This document shows positions 48,581-61,150 of a stretch of 64,000 nt of DNA, piece after piece. Numbering within the stretch: the first letter of the stretch is position 1; each line of letters starts with the position of its first letter. This DNA is from Chrysemys picta bellii (Eukaryota): positions 2,604,001-2,668,000 of the forward strand of contig NC_088810.1 in assembly GCF_011386835.1 (NCBI RefSeq). The letters run 5' to 3'. The notes beneath the pieces were generated by a model. The model worked only from the letters and a program-made list of their open reading frames with translations, had not been told where the DNA came from and searched no databases. Position numbers and translations under genes: made by a program.

Positions 48581-49834
48581 ATGGATATGGACTCCATCTC
48601 AGTGCTCATGAAGGGTCTGGTATTAATCTCAGCTCCCATGGAAGCTCTGGATCTAGGGTTGGACCCAAAGGAATTCTTCAATGACTCCATAAAGGTGTTT
48701 GAGGAGTTCATGGATCTTTTCAAAGACAAAGAACAGGCGGAAGTGGCTTCTATCGCGCAGGCAGAGCTGGAGTCGTTCAAATCCACCATTCTCAACATCG
48801 CAGTCACGGGGGAGACGGGTGCCGGGAAATCGTCCTTCATCAACGCCCTCCGGGGACTGACCACTGAGGATGACGGGGCTGCCCCAACTGGGGTGACAGA
48901 AACGACGGCAGAGCCGACTGTTTATCCCTATCCTAACCACCCCAACGTGAGGCTGTGGGACCTGCCCGGGATTAGCGCCCCAGATTTTGAGCCAAACACG
49001 TATCTGGAGCAGGTGAACTTCGAATGCTATGACTTCTTCGTGATCATCGCTTCGGAGCGCTTCAAATGCAACCACACGGCCCTGGCCCAGGAGATCGAGA
49101 GGATGGGGAAGAGGTTCTATTTTGTGCGCTCCAAGGTGGATGAAGACTTGCGCAACGAAGAAAGGGATCACCCTAGAACATTCAGTCAGGAAAGCGTCCT
49201 GGAGAGACTCAGGATGGACTGCAGGAAACACCTGCAAAAGGCAGGGATCAGCAACCCAAAGATTTTCCTTCTCTCCAGCTGTGAATTCACCAAGTATGAT
49301 GCTCCTGGCCTGGTCAAGACTTTGCAGGATGATCTCCAAGGTCTGCAGAGACTTGCCTTTCTACTCAGTCTGCCAAACCTGTCTGCAGAAATCATAGAGG
49401 AGAAGAAAGCTGCCCTGAAGAAGTGGATATGGCTAATCTCTCTCGCTTCGGCTTTAGTCAATGTCATTCCTATCCCGCAGCTCTCTGTTGCTTGTGATAT
49501 TAGAATCCTGCTAGGATCTATGATTGCCTTCTACAAGTACTTCGGCCTAGATGACGGCTCCTTGGCTAATCTGGCCAGGCAGACTGGGAAACCGATAGCA
49601 GAGCTGAAGGCTGTTATAATATCTCCCAGGGAAGAAGAAATAAACAGAGATGTTGTAATCAAACGGCTGCTAAAGGAGGAGAAGGGTTTGCCTAAATTAA
49701 CGGCAAATCTACCAGTGCTTGGTCCCATGTTAACTGCGGGAATCTCTTTTTTAACCACCTATTTCATGCTGTTGAGATTTCTCGATGAAGTGGCTGAAGA
49801 TGCCGAAAGGGTTCGGAAGACCGCTTTGAAGTAA
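48581..49834 (+). CDS. IRGC-like: Immunity-related GTPase, GKS class, copy B (417 aa), C-terminal basic tail lost
   Basis: G1, G3 and G4 motifs intact; two N-terminal repeats; TAA at 49832 replaces the GAA found in paralogs. Confidence 0.93.
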   Translation: MDMDSISVLMKGLVLISAPMEALDLGLDPKEFFNDSIKVFEEFMDLFKDKEQAEVASIAQAELESFKSTILNIAVTGETGAGKSSFINALRGLTTEDDGAAPTGVTETTAEPTVYPYPNHPNVRLWDLPGISAPDFEPNTYLEQVNFECYDFFVIIASERFKCNHTALAQEIERMGKRFYFVRSKVDEDLRNEERDHPRTFSQESVLERLRMDCRKHLQKAGISNPKIFLLSSCEFTKYDAPGLVKTLQDDLQGLQRLAFLLSLPNLSAEIIEEKKAALKKWIWLISLASALVNVIPIPQLSVACDIRILLGSMIAFYKYFGLDDGSLANLARQTGKPIAELKAVIISPREEEINRDVVIKRLLKEEKGLPKLTANLPVLGPMLTAGISFLTTYFMLLRFLDEVAEDAERVRKTALK

Positions 49835-50678
49835 GACAAGAAAAAGCGTAAATGATCAGCAGACGTGTTCATGAATCAGAGACCCAATCCCACATGGAGA
49901 TTGGGCCACCACAGCCCTAAATGTTAAAAATGAAGCTGAAAAGAAGCTGCCATTTCATGCTTTAATTTCCCACAGTGAGTCAGGTTTCTAGGCTCTCTCT
50001 TGGACTTGTTAGGGTAGCCAAACCATTTGTCTAAAACAGGAAAACCAACAAAATACACCAAGATCCTCAACTAATGTAAATCAATGTAGCAACCAACCAT
50101 CAGCTGCTGTCTCTTTAGTACCCGGCTTGCACGACTGTCCCGCCATTGCCTACAGCAGACTTTGTGCACCTTAAACAATGCCTTTGATTTGAAGAACTGA
50201 AGACACCGGCTAATTTGTGTGCTAGCAGCCGGGTTACAAATGAATGAGGGGGCTGGAACAAGCATTTCCCAGTAATGTCACCGCAAGCATTTAAAAATCA
50301 CCATTCAGGCCCCTCAAAATCATACGATTTTTTTAAATGTTCGGCTTTTTTTCATTTGCCTCCTGTTTTCAGAGTTTGCTGGTCACCTTTTCCTGCTGTT
50401 CTCCACGGCCACTAAAAACTAGGGCTAGAAACTTCTTTTTAATAAAAATTGAGATTCTCCTATGATCACACGACTCCAGGAAGCTTTAAAGGGAAATACC
50501 AATAATTGCAAGAATCACAAGAGTTTGCAACACTCATATATCGACTGTAACAATGCTGTGTTTTGCATCAGGTGATCCGAGGTGCAATTTAATCATATCA
50601 TGATCTCAACAGCCTGTGTGAGCCCTTGGACAATCCAGCATATTGCTACAAGTTGGTTATAGAAGCTAAATTCTAGAT

Positions 50679-51077
50679 CAGTGGTTTTCAACCTTTTTTT
50701 CTGGTGACCCAGTTGAAGAAAATTGTTGATGCCCGTGACCCAATGGAGCTGGGAATGAGGGGTTTGGAGTGTGGGAGGGGCTCAGGGTTGGGGCAGAGGG
50801 TTGGGGTGCACGGATGAGGGCTGCAGGGTGGGCCTGGGAATGAGGGGTTCAGGGTGTGGGAGGGGTATCTGGGCTGAGGCAGGGGGTTCGGGTGTGGGAG
50901 GGGGTCAGTGCTCTGGGCTGGGGGTGCAGGCTCAGGGGTGGGGCCAGGGATGAGACTTTTAACCGCTGATGGGACTTTTAACGGCCGGTCAGCGGTACTG
51001 ACCAGAACCATCGCGACCCAGTGCCTTACATCCCACGACCCAGAACTGGGTCACAACCCACAGTTTGAAAACCACTG
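50679..51077. mobile_element. hAT-type MITE
   Basis: TIRs CAGTGGTTTTCAA...TTGAAAACCACTG; TSD TTCTAGAT/TTCTCTAT. Confidence 0.75.
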
Positions 51078-51259
51078 TTCTCTATAATCTATAGCCAGGG
51101 CAACTGCATTTATGCTGAATCAATAGTTAGTGTGCTTGTTTCTTTATGATTACTACTCGTGCAGATAGAGTCGTATCATGTAATAAATTCACTTATAACC
51201 TGGATTAAGCCTCTATGTAGATCATGATGACAATGGTTAGAGAGAAAAACCCAGTAGTA

Positions 51260-51600
51260 GGGAGTTCCGTGGGTCAACCCCACTAATTCCCAGTGGCAGG
51301 GATTCCTGTGGGTTAACCCCGCTAATTCCCAGTGGCAGGAAGTCCCACTGGATAACCACACTAATTCACAGTGGCAGGAAATCCCATGGGTCAACCCCAC
51401 TAATTCCCAGTGTCAGGGATTTCTATGGGTTAACCCTGCTAATTGCCAGTGGCAGGGAGTCCTGTGGGTTAACCCCGCTAATTCCCAGTGGCAGGGAGTC
51501 CTGTGGGTTAATCCTGCTAATTCCCAGTGGCAGGGAGTCCTGTGGGTTAACCCCACTAATTCCCAGTGGCAAGGAGTCCCGTGGGTTAACACTGCTACTC
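51260..51600. repeat. 39-bp minisatellite, ~9 copies
   Basis: Same unit as 44395-44635; the 13-aa periodicity (THRTPCHWELAGL) shows in the ORF track. Confidence 0.88.
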
Positions 51601-52903
51601 CCCAGTACCGTAACAAAACGTTTAGGCATCACTTTAAACACAAGACTTCAGTGACTTTGCTGCTCAAGGGTTTAAAGTTCTGCAGGCCTTTAAATACTTT
51701 GCTGAAGCAGGGATCCAAAGAAGGGGGCAGACAGTCCTCCAGGGCATGCGTCCTGTGAGGAGCTTTCAGATCAGGGAGGAAATGGAAGGCGAGAGCAGCC
51801 TCGCGACTTCCAAAGAAGCCAAAGCTTTGTCTGGACTAGGGGAAAAGGGGTGCCTTGCATTAAAACGGGGGATCTTATGGGTGATAGCAACCAGCTGAGC
51901 CGTGTCAGAGCTACAACCGGCCTGGCCTGCGTTAGGATGTTAACACCAGTGAGCTCACACACGTGAATAACACCACACCTTTCCTTCTAGTGCAGACAGA
52001 GCCCGAAAGTGTGTGTGTCCCCGCTGCGTGGGATGAGCCCTGCTCTGTGTGCGTGTGTGTGTGTGTGTCCCTGCTGCCCTCTGCTGGGTATGATATGTGT
52101 GTGTGTGAGAGTGTTTCTGTTCAGGTTGCCAACTTTCTAATCTCACAAAACCGAACACCCTAGACCCGCCCCTTCCATGAGGGCCCGCCGCTGCCCCGCC
52201 CATTCCCCCGAGGCCTCATCCCCCACTCACTACATTCCCCTTCTCACGGTGGCTCTCCCCCACCCTCACTCACATTCACTGGGCTGGGGCTGGGGGTTGG
52301 GGTGCAGGGAGGGTGAGGGCTCTGGTGTGGGGCCAGAGAATGAGGGGTTTGGGGTGTAGGAGGGGGCTCCAGGTTGGGGGGGTGTGGCCGAGTGCGGGAG
52401 GGGATACGGGCTCTGGGCTGGGGGTGCAGGCTCTGGGGTGGAGCCTGGGATGAGGGGTTCAGGGTGTGGGAGGAGGCTCTGGGTTGGGATAGGGATGTGC
52501 GGGGGTGCAGGCTCTGCCAGGATAGGTAGGGACTAGCCTGCCTTAGCCCCGCAACACCGCGGACTGGATTTGGTGGTGCTGACCGGAGCTGTCAGGGTCC
52601 CTTTATGACCAGGCGTTCCGGTCGAAAACCGGACACCTGTCAACCCTAGCGTGTGTGTGTGTGTGTGTGTCTGTCTGTCTGCTGCCCCCTGCTGGAGGGG
52701 CTGAGCCCTGCACTCTCTGTGTGCGTGTGTTAGAACTACACACAGGCTCCCCTGACTGCATGGCAACATTTAGAGCTGTGTCCACCAGGAAATGCGCTGG
52801 GGGGATGGGGTGTTCCTAGGCCCTGCTCTGTCCCTCCCCTGTTACCCACCACAGCCGGGCCCGGGGGGGATGAGGCCCTGCCCGGCTTCCTCAGCCAGCT
52901 GCT

Positions 52904-52917
52904 GCTTTCACTTTCCC
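52904..52917 (+). promoter_or_regulatory. ISRE/IRF element with downstream GC box, putative promoter of IRG copy C
   Basis: GCTTTCACTTTCCC, then GGGGCGGGGG at ~52942 and donor GAAG|GTAAGA at 53167. Confidence 0.7.
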
Positions 52918-52959
52918 AGGGAAGAGGAAGGGCCGGACGCGGGGCGGGGGCAGTGGGAT

Positions 52960-53167
52960 TGAGCCAGCCGCAGAGCAGAGGGAAGGGAAGAAAGAGGGGC
53001 ACACAAAGAGGGGGGCTGGCAGAAAGAGGGGGAGCTAGGAGCCCACAGAAGGCGAGACAGCAGCTGAGACACTGAGTGCAAGAGACGGGGGATCTGCGTG
53101 TGCCCACAGCTTGTTGCCCCTTCCTGGACCCATCAGCCCCCCTGAGCACAGCACAGCCTGGGCGAAG
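52960..53167 (+). other. Putative non-coding exon 1 of IRG copy C
   Basis: Ends at a strong donor AAG|GTAAGA; the 5' end is approximate. Confidence 0.55.
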
Positions 53168-55314
53168 GTAAGAGATTCCCTGCCGCCCTCCCCCCCCGAA
53201 TTCTCCCATCCCCGCTTAGGGGCCAGCTGCCGGGCTTTGATTCCAGTGTCCTCTGGTCCTGTGCGCGTGTAACGCCGACAGGCCCCGGTTGTCGGTGGGC
53301 AGAATCGAACCGGGGAGCCTCTACAGCATGAGCTAAAAGTCAACTGGCTGTTAGCTAAGGCTGTAGAGCAGAATCAATCACCACATCCAGGAAGTGTCTG
53401 GGTTACACACGGAGCCGCGATGGGGTCCAAGAAAGCTGGTGCATTCCCCGTCTTCCTGCCAGGCCTTTGGGGTGAGCAAGAGCAGCTGCAGGGCTCCCCC
53501 TGGCTCCCCCGGCCGAGGGCATGCCGAGGGAGGGCTGGGTCTGAGCACGGCTCTGCTCATTCACAGCTGATATGTTGTCCCCATCAGGGAGCAGGGTACT
53601 GGGCTGGCTCAAAAATCTCCCAACGTATGTCTGTGTCTTCATGGGGGCTGAGATCTCCCATGGACCCCGCTTCTTCCAAGGATAGGAGAGTCCTGCCCTT
53701 AATCTACGTGGGTCCAGCAAGCCGGAAATAGAACCCAGGAGTCTAGCCACCCCCTTCCTGGTGTGACCCGCTACCCCACATTGCCACCCCAACCCTTCCA
53801 AGGGGAGATGGTTCCCCTCATTCGATTTCCCGGCAGGAAGGGAGGAGAATTTGTCAGTGTGCAAAGACACCTAAAGGGTGGGTAGGGCCGGCGAGGGGAA
53901 TGGAAACTTACAGACTCTACCAAACAAAGCTTGACAATCTATTTAAGTTTCTATATTACACGTGAGTCCTTCTATAAAAGGAGAGAAAGAAGCAGAGATG
54001 GGAAACAGTGAGAGACTAGTACATCTTCTCTGCTTTGCAGAATTACCCACTGACTTCTCCCCAGGAACACTTTACTCTTCTAGAGCCAGCGATAGAACCC
54101 AGGAGCCCTGGCGCCCACCCCCACTCCTCCACCCTATGAATGGTGATGAAGGCGAGAGCCAACGTGCAAATGGGGTAACTGATGGGTGTGACGCGGTCGT
54201 ACCAAAGGGGAAACACTGTTAATCTCCAATTCTCCTCCCAGCGAGTGCAAACAGCTCCCTGAGACTGAGGGATGGTGGGGTGAGAGAGCTGCCCGCTGCC
54301 GCACCGGAGAGGTGACTCTCTGACTCCCGTGTAAACTCTTGGACTGCTTCTCCTGGGACCAAGGAATCAGCTCTGCCCCCCCCCCTTACCAGGGAGCATG
54401 GGGCAGCTGAGCCCCCAGCTAAATGTGGGGAAATGGAGGCAGCTGCAGATCCCTGGCAATGCCATGACACCCTCAAGGGGGGGAGCTCCAAAGCTCAGTG
54501 CACAGGGGTGGGCGGGAGGGGAGATGACAGATGCTGCTGCCACCAAGAGGGAGGGGGAATTTCTCTCCCCCCCGCCCCGTCTATGACAGCCTGATGGTCT
54601 GTGACAACATGAATGATACCGAGGGATTGGGAGGGAGTACCACGGCTGTGTGGTGTGGGGAGAGAAATAAACACACTGGACCCGGATGGCTAAACTCAGG
54701 GCTTCCAATTTCTTTTCATCATGGAAAGGTGCAGAACTCATGGGTGAGTCGCAGCTTCTTTGATAAGGGACGTTCCTTTTTTTGGACCCTAATGTGTCTC
54801 CATTCTGCTCCCTCCCCCAACACACACACACACACACACACTGTCTCTTGATTTTTTTATTATATTTGCATTTCAAAACAAAAAATCCTGCACTCACAGT
54901 GCTAGCAAGTGGTGTTAGCTCACACATTTATTAGCTGCTGATGTATTATTTTGTCCCTCCTTTGGGAGTCTATTGCTTCTACTCTTGGACATTGGCTGGG
55001 TGAGATGAAGCTGTTTGGGGAATTGAATAATATCCAAATAAACAAGAACCTGGAGTAAACATTTCAAAAGTGCCTTAGGAGCTAAGGGCTGGATTTTCAA
55101 AGGGATTTAGGTGCCCGAGGATGCAGAAAGGCACCTAGTGGAGTTTTTGGAAGTCCTTCAGCAGGGTAGCCACCCAACTCCCATTGATTTCCAACCTCTC
55201 TTTACATCTTTAGGTACCTAAATAGCTATGGAAATGTAGCCTTCAGTCACTTATGAAAATAGAATGTTGGTGCCTAAGTCCCTTAGGCTTTGCTATGACC
55301 TGAATCAAACAGCC

Positions 55315-56595
55315 TCCACTGTCTACCTGCTCTCTCTGAGAAGTCTCCATTGTATCCAGTTCCTGGGAAAGTCCTTGGGAGTGTGAATTCCCTTTAATGG
55401 CCCATCAGCGCATCTGGCTCCTCCATTGCTGCACCTGAAAGGCTGGTTGTGGGTGTTCCCGATAAGGCAGCCCTCCCCAGAAACCTTCTGGAAAGGATTG
55501 CAGAGAACCTCCATGAAAGTTTCCTAGAGCTCTCCATGGAGGATTCCTGGGCCATCCCTGTGCACATAAACAGCCTTTTTGGGGGAGAACCCTCTGTGAA
55601 GCTAGGATGGCCACCGGGACTCAAATACCCACTGCACCTCACTTTTCTTTCATATTAAACAAAAAATATAAGAGCACGTAACCCCTACAGTTTCATTGGA
55701 ATTGCATCCTCACCAGAGGTGCCTTCCCCAGCATCACACCTGACCACGATGCTGTTCTGGGAATGGCTGGACTGCTCCGGGGTTAAAAATAGCTTCTGGC
55801 TCTCAGGAAGAATGGATCCCGTGCTCGCCTGCCTTCCATTCTCCTCCTGCTGCTCTTTGTCCACAGTGTCCTCCTCGTTGTTGCCTGAGGTGGCCTGGGA
55901 CTCCCGGGAGGTATCCGTGCTGCATTTTGGGGCAGTGGTGGGGTCGCCACTGAGAATCGCATGCAGCTCATTGTAGAACCAGAATGGCTGTTCGCTTCCC
56001 TTGTCTTCTGGTACCCCTGCCTGCTGAAGTGCTTTGGTTTTCACACGGCACTGCTGTGTGTCCCGGGGGTAGCCTGTCTCCCCCTTGCCCCATGTGATCT
56101 TTGCGTAGATGTCGACGTTTCTTCGGCTGGATGGGAGCTCTGCCTGCAGAGACTCTACTCCCCACGCAGCAATAAGATCCATCACCTGCTGTGTACTCCA
56201 GGCTGGGGCGCGTTTGGAGCGTTGAGTCACCATGCTCGGCGAGCTCGCCACGCTGATCACACAGGAAATGGGAATTCAAACGTTCCCAGGGCTTTAACCA
56301 GGAAGGGGCTGTTGCTTCTGTACCTGGCTGCCGTGCAGCGGAGCTGAAAACGATCTCCGTAGCGGTCACAGCGGAACATTGTGGGACACCGCCAGGAGGC
56401 CAATTCAGTCAACGTACACAACACTGGGTCTACACTGCCTGTCTGTCGACCCATCAACATCGAATTCATTATGTAATTAAGTCAACGCTACAGGTGGGTT
56501 AGGTTGGCGGAAGAGACCTCACAGTGTAGATGCATACATTATTAGATCAATGTAAGGCGGCTTCCTTTGACCTAACTTTGTCATGTAGACCAGGC
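55315..56595 (-). mobile_element. Harbinger/PIF-like remnant with open Myb/SANT-like ORF (55685-56260)
   Basis: Segmental paralog of 35330-36610; 191-aa ORF without the frameshift. Confidence 0.7.
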
Positions 56596-59500
56596 CTTAA
56601 TTAATTAATACAACGGGAGCTTCATCACCACTCATCAGCAGGTCTGCACTGCCCTAGCGAGATAGCCCAGAGGGCAGCTCACAGTCTGGCCTGGGATCCA
56701 GGCCACCAGAGGGTGGGTGTGTTACTGGCTGTTCATGTCATCCAGCTCTTGTCGGGGTGGAAAAGGGAATGGAGCCAGGATCAGGGGGACACACAGAGTC
56801 CAGAGAGAGACAGGCAGTATGGGAGGGGTAAGAAACTAGGGGCTGGGGGGAAGAGGGATGGGCAGGAGGGGTCTGGGACAGTAAAATAGACAGTGATATG
56901 GGGGGATGATTTGGGGTAGGTGGGGGACTGATTGTTTTTATGAGTGTCAATTTGCACCCCTCCCCGGGAGCAGGTCAGGGTTAGAAGTAAGGGAAGGAAT
57001 GATGGTGGGTTGGAAGCCAGGTCCACACACTTTGTCAAATGACAGAACCCCTTGTTCAAGGAGACTCTATGAAGAGCCAGAGGGGAAGCTGTGGCCGGGG
57101 CTTCACAGAGCAGGGGGCTCCTGCCCGGGAGGAGGTGTGTTTGACTGGAGAAACTCCTGTGTGTGGCGTTGGGTGAGGAGCCCGGAAGAAGGGAAACTGA
57201 GGCAGCGTGCTGTGGAGCTGCTATGCCCACAAGGGGACACTCAGTGGGCAGCTGGTCTGGTTACCTGGAGGCTCTGGGTGCAAGGAGAGAGCACAGAAGT
57301 TGCTGAGGGGAGTTTTGGTGGAGCTTTTTGTCAACAAGGCGAGGTGAATCTCCGAGCAGTCACATCCCCCGTTCTCTTACTGCGTTCACCACCAGCTGCA
57401 GGTAACCTCTCTGTATGTTTATGCAAAGCTGAGGCACTGGCCTGGCTTCTTCAATGTTGGTGACTAATTGCCAGACGGGGTGTGACCCTGATAACAAAAC
57501 ACCTGCACTTTGCACCTGCCTCCTCAGAAGGGAAGCTGGGAGCTGCTGTGGCTGCAAGGCGGAGGAAGCTCTGAGGTATCTGGGGAGGGGAGGGCGTTGA
57601 GGGGAGGGGAAGAGGGGCACAAGGGGAATTATGAGCCCTGGAGGGCGCCTGAGGGGCCAGGTGGGGCAAGGCAGAGTTGTGGAGTCTTGTTATTCTTTCT
57701 GCCTTGTCCCTCCATCCCCGCCCCCGCCGGGCTGCAAGCCCAGGCTGCCGTCGGGCATAGGGGCACCAGTTTAATAATACTGCATAGGGCCCACAAATCC
57801 TAAGGACGGCCCTGGGGGCACCAAAAAGCGGTGCCCTGGCTCGGCAAGGAGGAGCTGCCTTCCAGAGGCACCAGAGAGCCAGAGCGTCGGCTTGTGGGGG
57901 CGGCGAGCCCCAGCCATGGAGAAGCCAGTGAGGCGCGGGAGGGGCAGGACCCTGCAAAGGGCGGAGGGACAAGGCTGAAAGAATAAGAAGACACCCGGCC
58001 CACCTCACGGTGGCGGAGAGTCACAGTTCCCCGCAGAGACCCCTGTGCCCTCTCCCTCACGCAGAATGGTCATGCAGACTAGACCTAATTAAAAGCACTC
58101 TACTTGGGAATAAAAAATGTCAGTCACAGGCTTTTTGCTATGCCCTGAAGTTTGTCAGACATTTATTTGCAAAAACTTTGTAGTAAGGATGAGTCAGCTG
58201 AATACAACATTCACTATTATGGACTACATGACGCAGCTCTTCTCTGTTTTATATTTTCTTAATCAGTATTTCGAAGCTGCTTTTATATTTTAAATGTACT
58301 CTTAAGCCTTCATAAAGTCATCATTCCAGATGACTACATATTTAACTCACTGAAACAGACATTATTGTAAATTAATCCGTCACAGAGGTTTAGTGTGTCC
58401 ATAACAATGTTCATTGCTTTTAGAAAAAGGGAACACTCATTTACGGTGTGTGATCTCCATAGCAATACACGTGTTTATGAAATTTCACCAACTTTAAAAA
58501 ATATGTTTCCAAAGATTTTAGGCATAACAAAGGTACTGATTTTGCTTAAAACTAGTTCATCTGATAGTCAGAAGTAAAGAAAGGGAAACTCTTTGTCCAG
58601 CTATCTGGCAGCAAAGGGCTGTTGCTTCCTTCAATGAGCGCAGCGGGGGTGGGTGGGTGAAGGGAGAAATGGATGGACAGAAAAGACTGGAAGTAAGTTT
58701 TTTTTACTATAGTAATTAAAATGTGTATTTTAGATAAGGGGGGGTCTTTTGAAGGATTTATATTAAAAACCATATGTCTGAAGATCCAAGTATTTAAGGC
58801 TAAAGATGATTGTGCATCTAAAAATCTATGCAAGGATTTTTTAGAGATGTGATTTTATAATCTTCACCATCTCACTAATGAAATATTTTTAAAGCAAATT
58901 TTACACTAAGGTCCTGTAGACTGACACGTTCTGAGTAAATATTACAGTCATGCACAACTGTTTTGGTCAGTACATTTTGAAACTGACAGTAAATACCTGG
59001 GGGTTGGCAAATTCCTGTTAAATGTCTTCATTACCCCTTGAATGGCTCTTTAACAGTTTCAGTGTTGTGCTAATAGGTCTAGCAGGCTGGAGTCTTTTTC
59101 TCTTTTAACTACTAGATCCCCTTCCCAGGAAGACTCAGAGCCTGCAGGAAGGGTCAGAACAGGGATAGGAAAACCAGTGGGGTGGACACTAAGACCCAGT
59201 GGTGCCCCAAATTTTGAGGTGCCCTACGCAGTTGCCTATGCCTGAGGATGGCCCTGGGCGCTCCCAACCACTTGGCGCTCTACGCAACCGCCTAGTTCGC
59301 CTAGTGGTTGCACCGGCCCTGCAACCACCAGTTTGAGCTGTTTAATCTCCCAGAGATTTAAAACTCGGAGCTGGACTGGAACTAGCACTGTCTAGGGTTA
59401 CTGATCCAAATTTGTGGTCATTTAAGCCAAGGATTTCCTCTCTCCCCCTGCTCCCCCAAAATGTCCTTTTCTTAAGGATCACGGGTTCTACCAATGATTT

Positions 59501-59639
59501 TTTGGTGCCAGACCTGATGAAAGCACTGTGAAGTTTTCAAGCTTGTGTCTCTTCCACCAACAGAAGCTGGGACCATAAGGATATTCCCTCACCCTCTTTG
59601 TATCTCTAATATCCTGGGACCAAGATGGCCTCAACCAAA

Positions 59640-60009
59640 TTATTGTGTCCAGTTCTGGGCACCACATTTCAGGAAAGATGTGGCCAGATAGGAGAAAGTC
59701 CAGAGAAGAGCAACAAAAATAACGAAAGGTCTAGAAAACATGACCTTTGAGGGAAGATTGAAAGAACTAGGTTTGTTTAGTCTGGAGAAGAGAAGGCTGA
59801 GGGGCAACATGGTAACAGTTTTCAAGTACATAAAAGGTTTTTACAAGGAAGAGGCAGAAAATTTGTTCTCGTTAACCTCTGAGGACAGGACAAGAAGCAA
59901 TGGGCTTAAATGGCAGTAAGGGCGGTTTAGGTTGGACATTAGGAAAAACTTGCTGTTGGGATGGTTAGGCACTGGAATGGATTCCCTAGGGAGATTGTGG
60001 AAGCTCCAT
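59640..60009 (+). mobile_element. CR1 3' fragment, left part, interrupted by an LTR
   Basis: TGTGTCCAGTTCTGGGCACCACATTTCAGGAAAGATGTGG...GGAAGCTCCAT; resumes at 61151. Confidence 0.85.
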
Positions 60010-61150
60010 TGTGACGGGATCCCTGGGGTGCAGCCTGGGACTGTGGGACTGCTGTGCCCCCTGAACTCTCTCCAGCCTGGGCTGTCTCCCACAATGCCTT
60101 GCTAGTGACCAGCAGCAAACCCCTCCAGATGCTGTTATCACTCACCACAACCGCATGTGGAGCCCCACACCCAGCTAGATTCCATGAATGCTCCCAGAGA
60201 CGGTCATGAATCACACAGAGAAAGGCACCAGAGCCGAATCCCCCCAGCTCCCAGCACTGTCCCTCAGGAATATACCGTCTTGCACTGCTCAAGACGAGCA
60301 GTGCAAATTTATTCATTGGTTCCCCACTTCATCAATGGAAAGTGGACATACACCAACCAGCCGCTGTAAAACCTGAGCAGATTTACCACATACTTCAGGC
60401 AAACTCACTGGTAAAGATAAACAGTAAAAGAAGTTTATTGACTACAAAATATTGTTTTTAAGTGACTATAAGTAATAGGCAAAAAGCGTTAGTTACCAAA
60501 AGAAAAGAAAATATAATTAGGCAGTCTAAACTCTCAACCCCATTAGATGGGGCAACATCTAGATTGACCAGTTTTTCTCACCCCACTGAATATTGCAGTC
60601 CATAGTACACAGGTTTCATCCTCGAAATCTGGGCCAGTCCCCTCTGTTGAAGTCTTTAGAGTAGGTTGGGGAAGGAGAAAGGCCAAGCATGGGCCCCCTG
60701 TGTTCTGTTTTATACCCTCAGTCCCATGTGCTTGGAGAAAACAAGTCCAGACATGTCTGGGGGCATTGCTAAGTTCCCAGGCAAGGTTGAGCAATTCCCT
60801 TGGTGTGGCCTTATGCAGGTGAGTCATTGCATTGTAGCTCCCTTGCTGGACAATGGCTGGCGATGACTGTTTAGCACCCACCCGGGTGTTGGTACCTCCC
60901 TTGTCATTGTCTCTGGAGAGTCAGTATCTGGGCGCCTCCCAAACCCACAGCATATTTTAGTGACAACCATACAACACAATTCTCATAACTTCATATATAT
61001 TAATGATATATTTATATAGAGCAGTGACTTTCAGGAGATAATAACCTTTCTGCTGGTAGCTCACACAACCTGCTTTATATGCAATATCACAATTATATAT
61101 AAATGATCAATATGGGGGTTACAGGGCAGCCCCCAAGGTACAGAATGTCA
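60010..61150. mobile_element. Solo LTR inserted into CR1
   Basis: TGTGACG...AATGTCA ends; 4-bp TSD CCAT (60006-60009 and 61151-61154); its right part is also present at ~47281-47554. Confidence 0.82.

Noticed and set aside
52912-52923. TTCCCAGGGAA as a GAS element beside the ISRE
   Set aside because: The spacing is TTC-N5-GAA, not the canonical N2-4.
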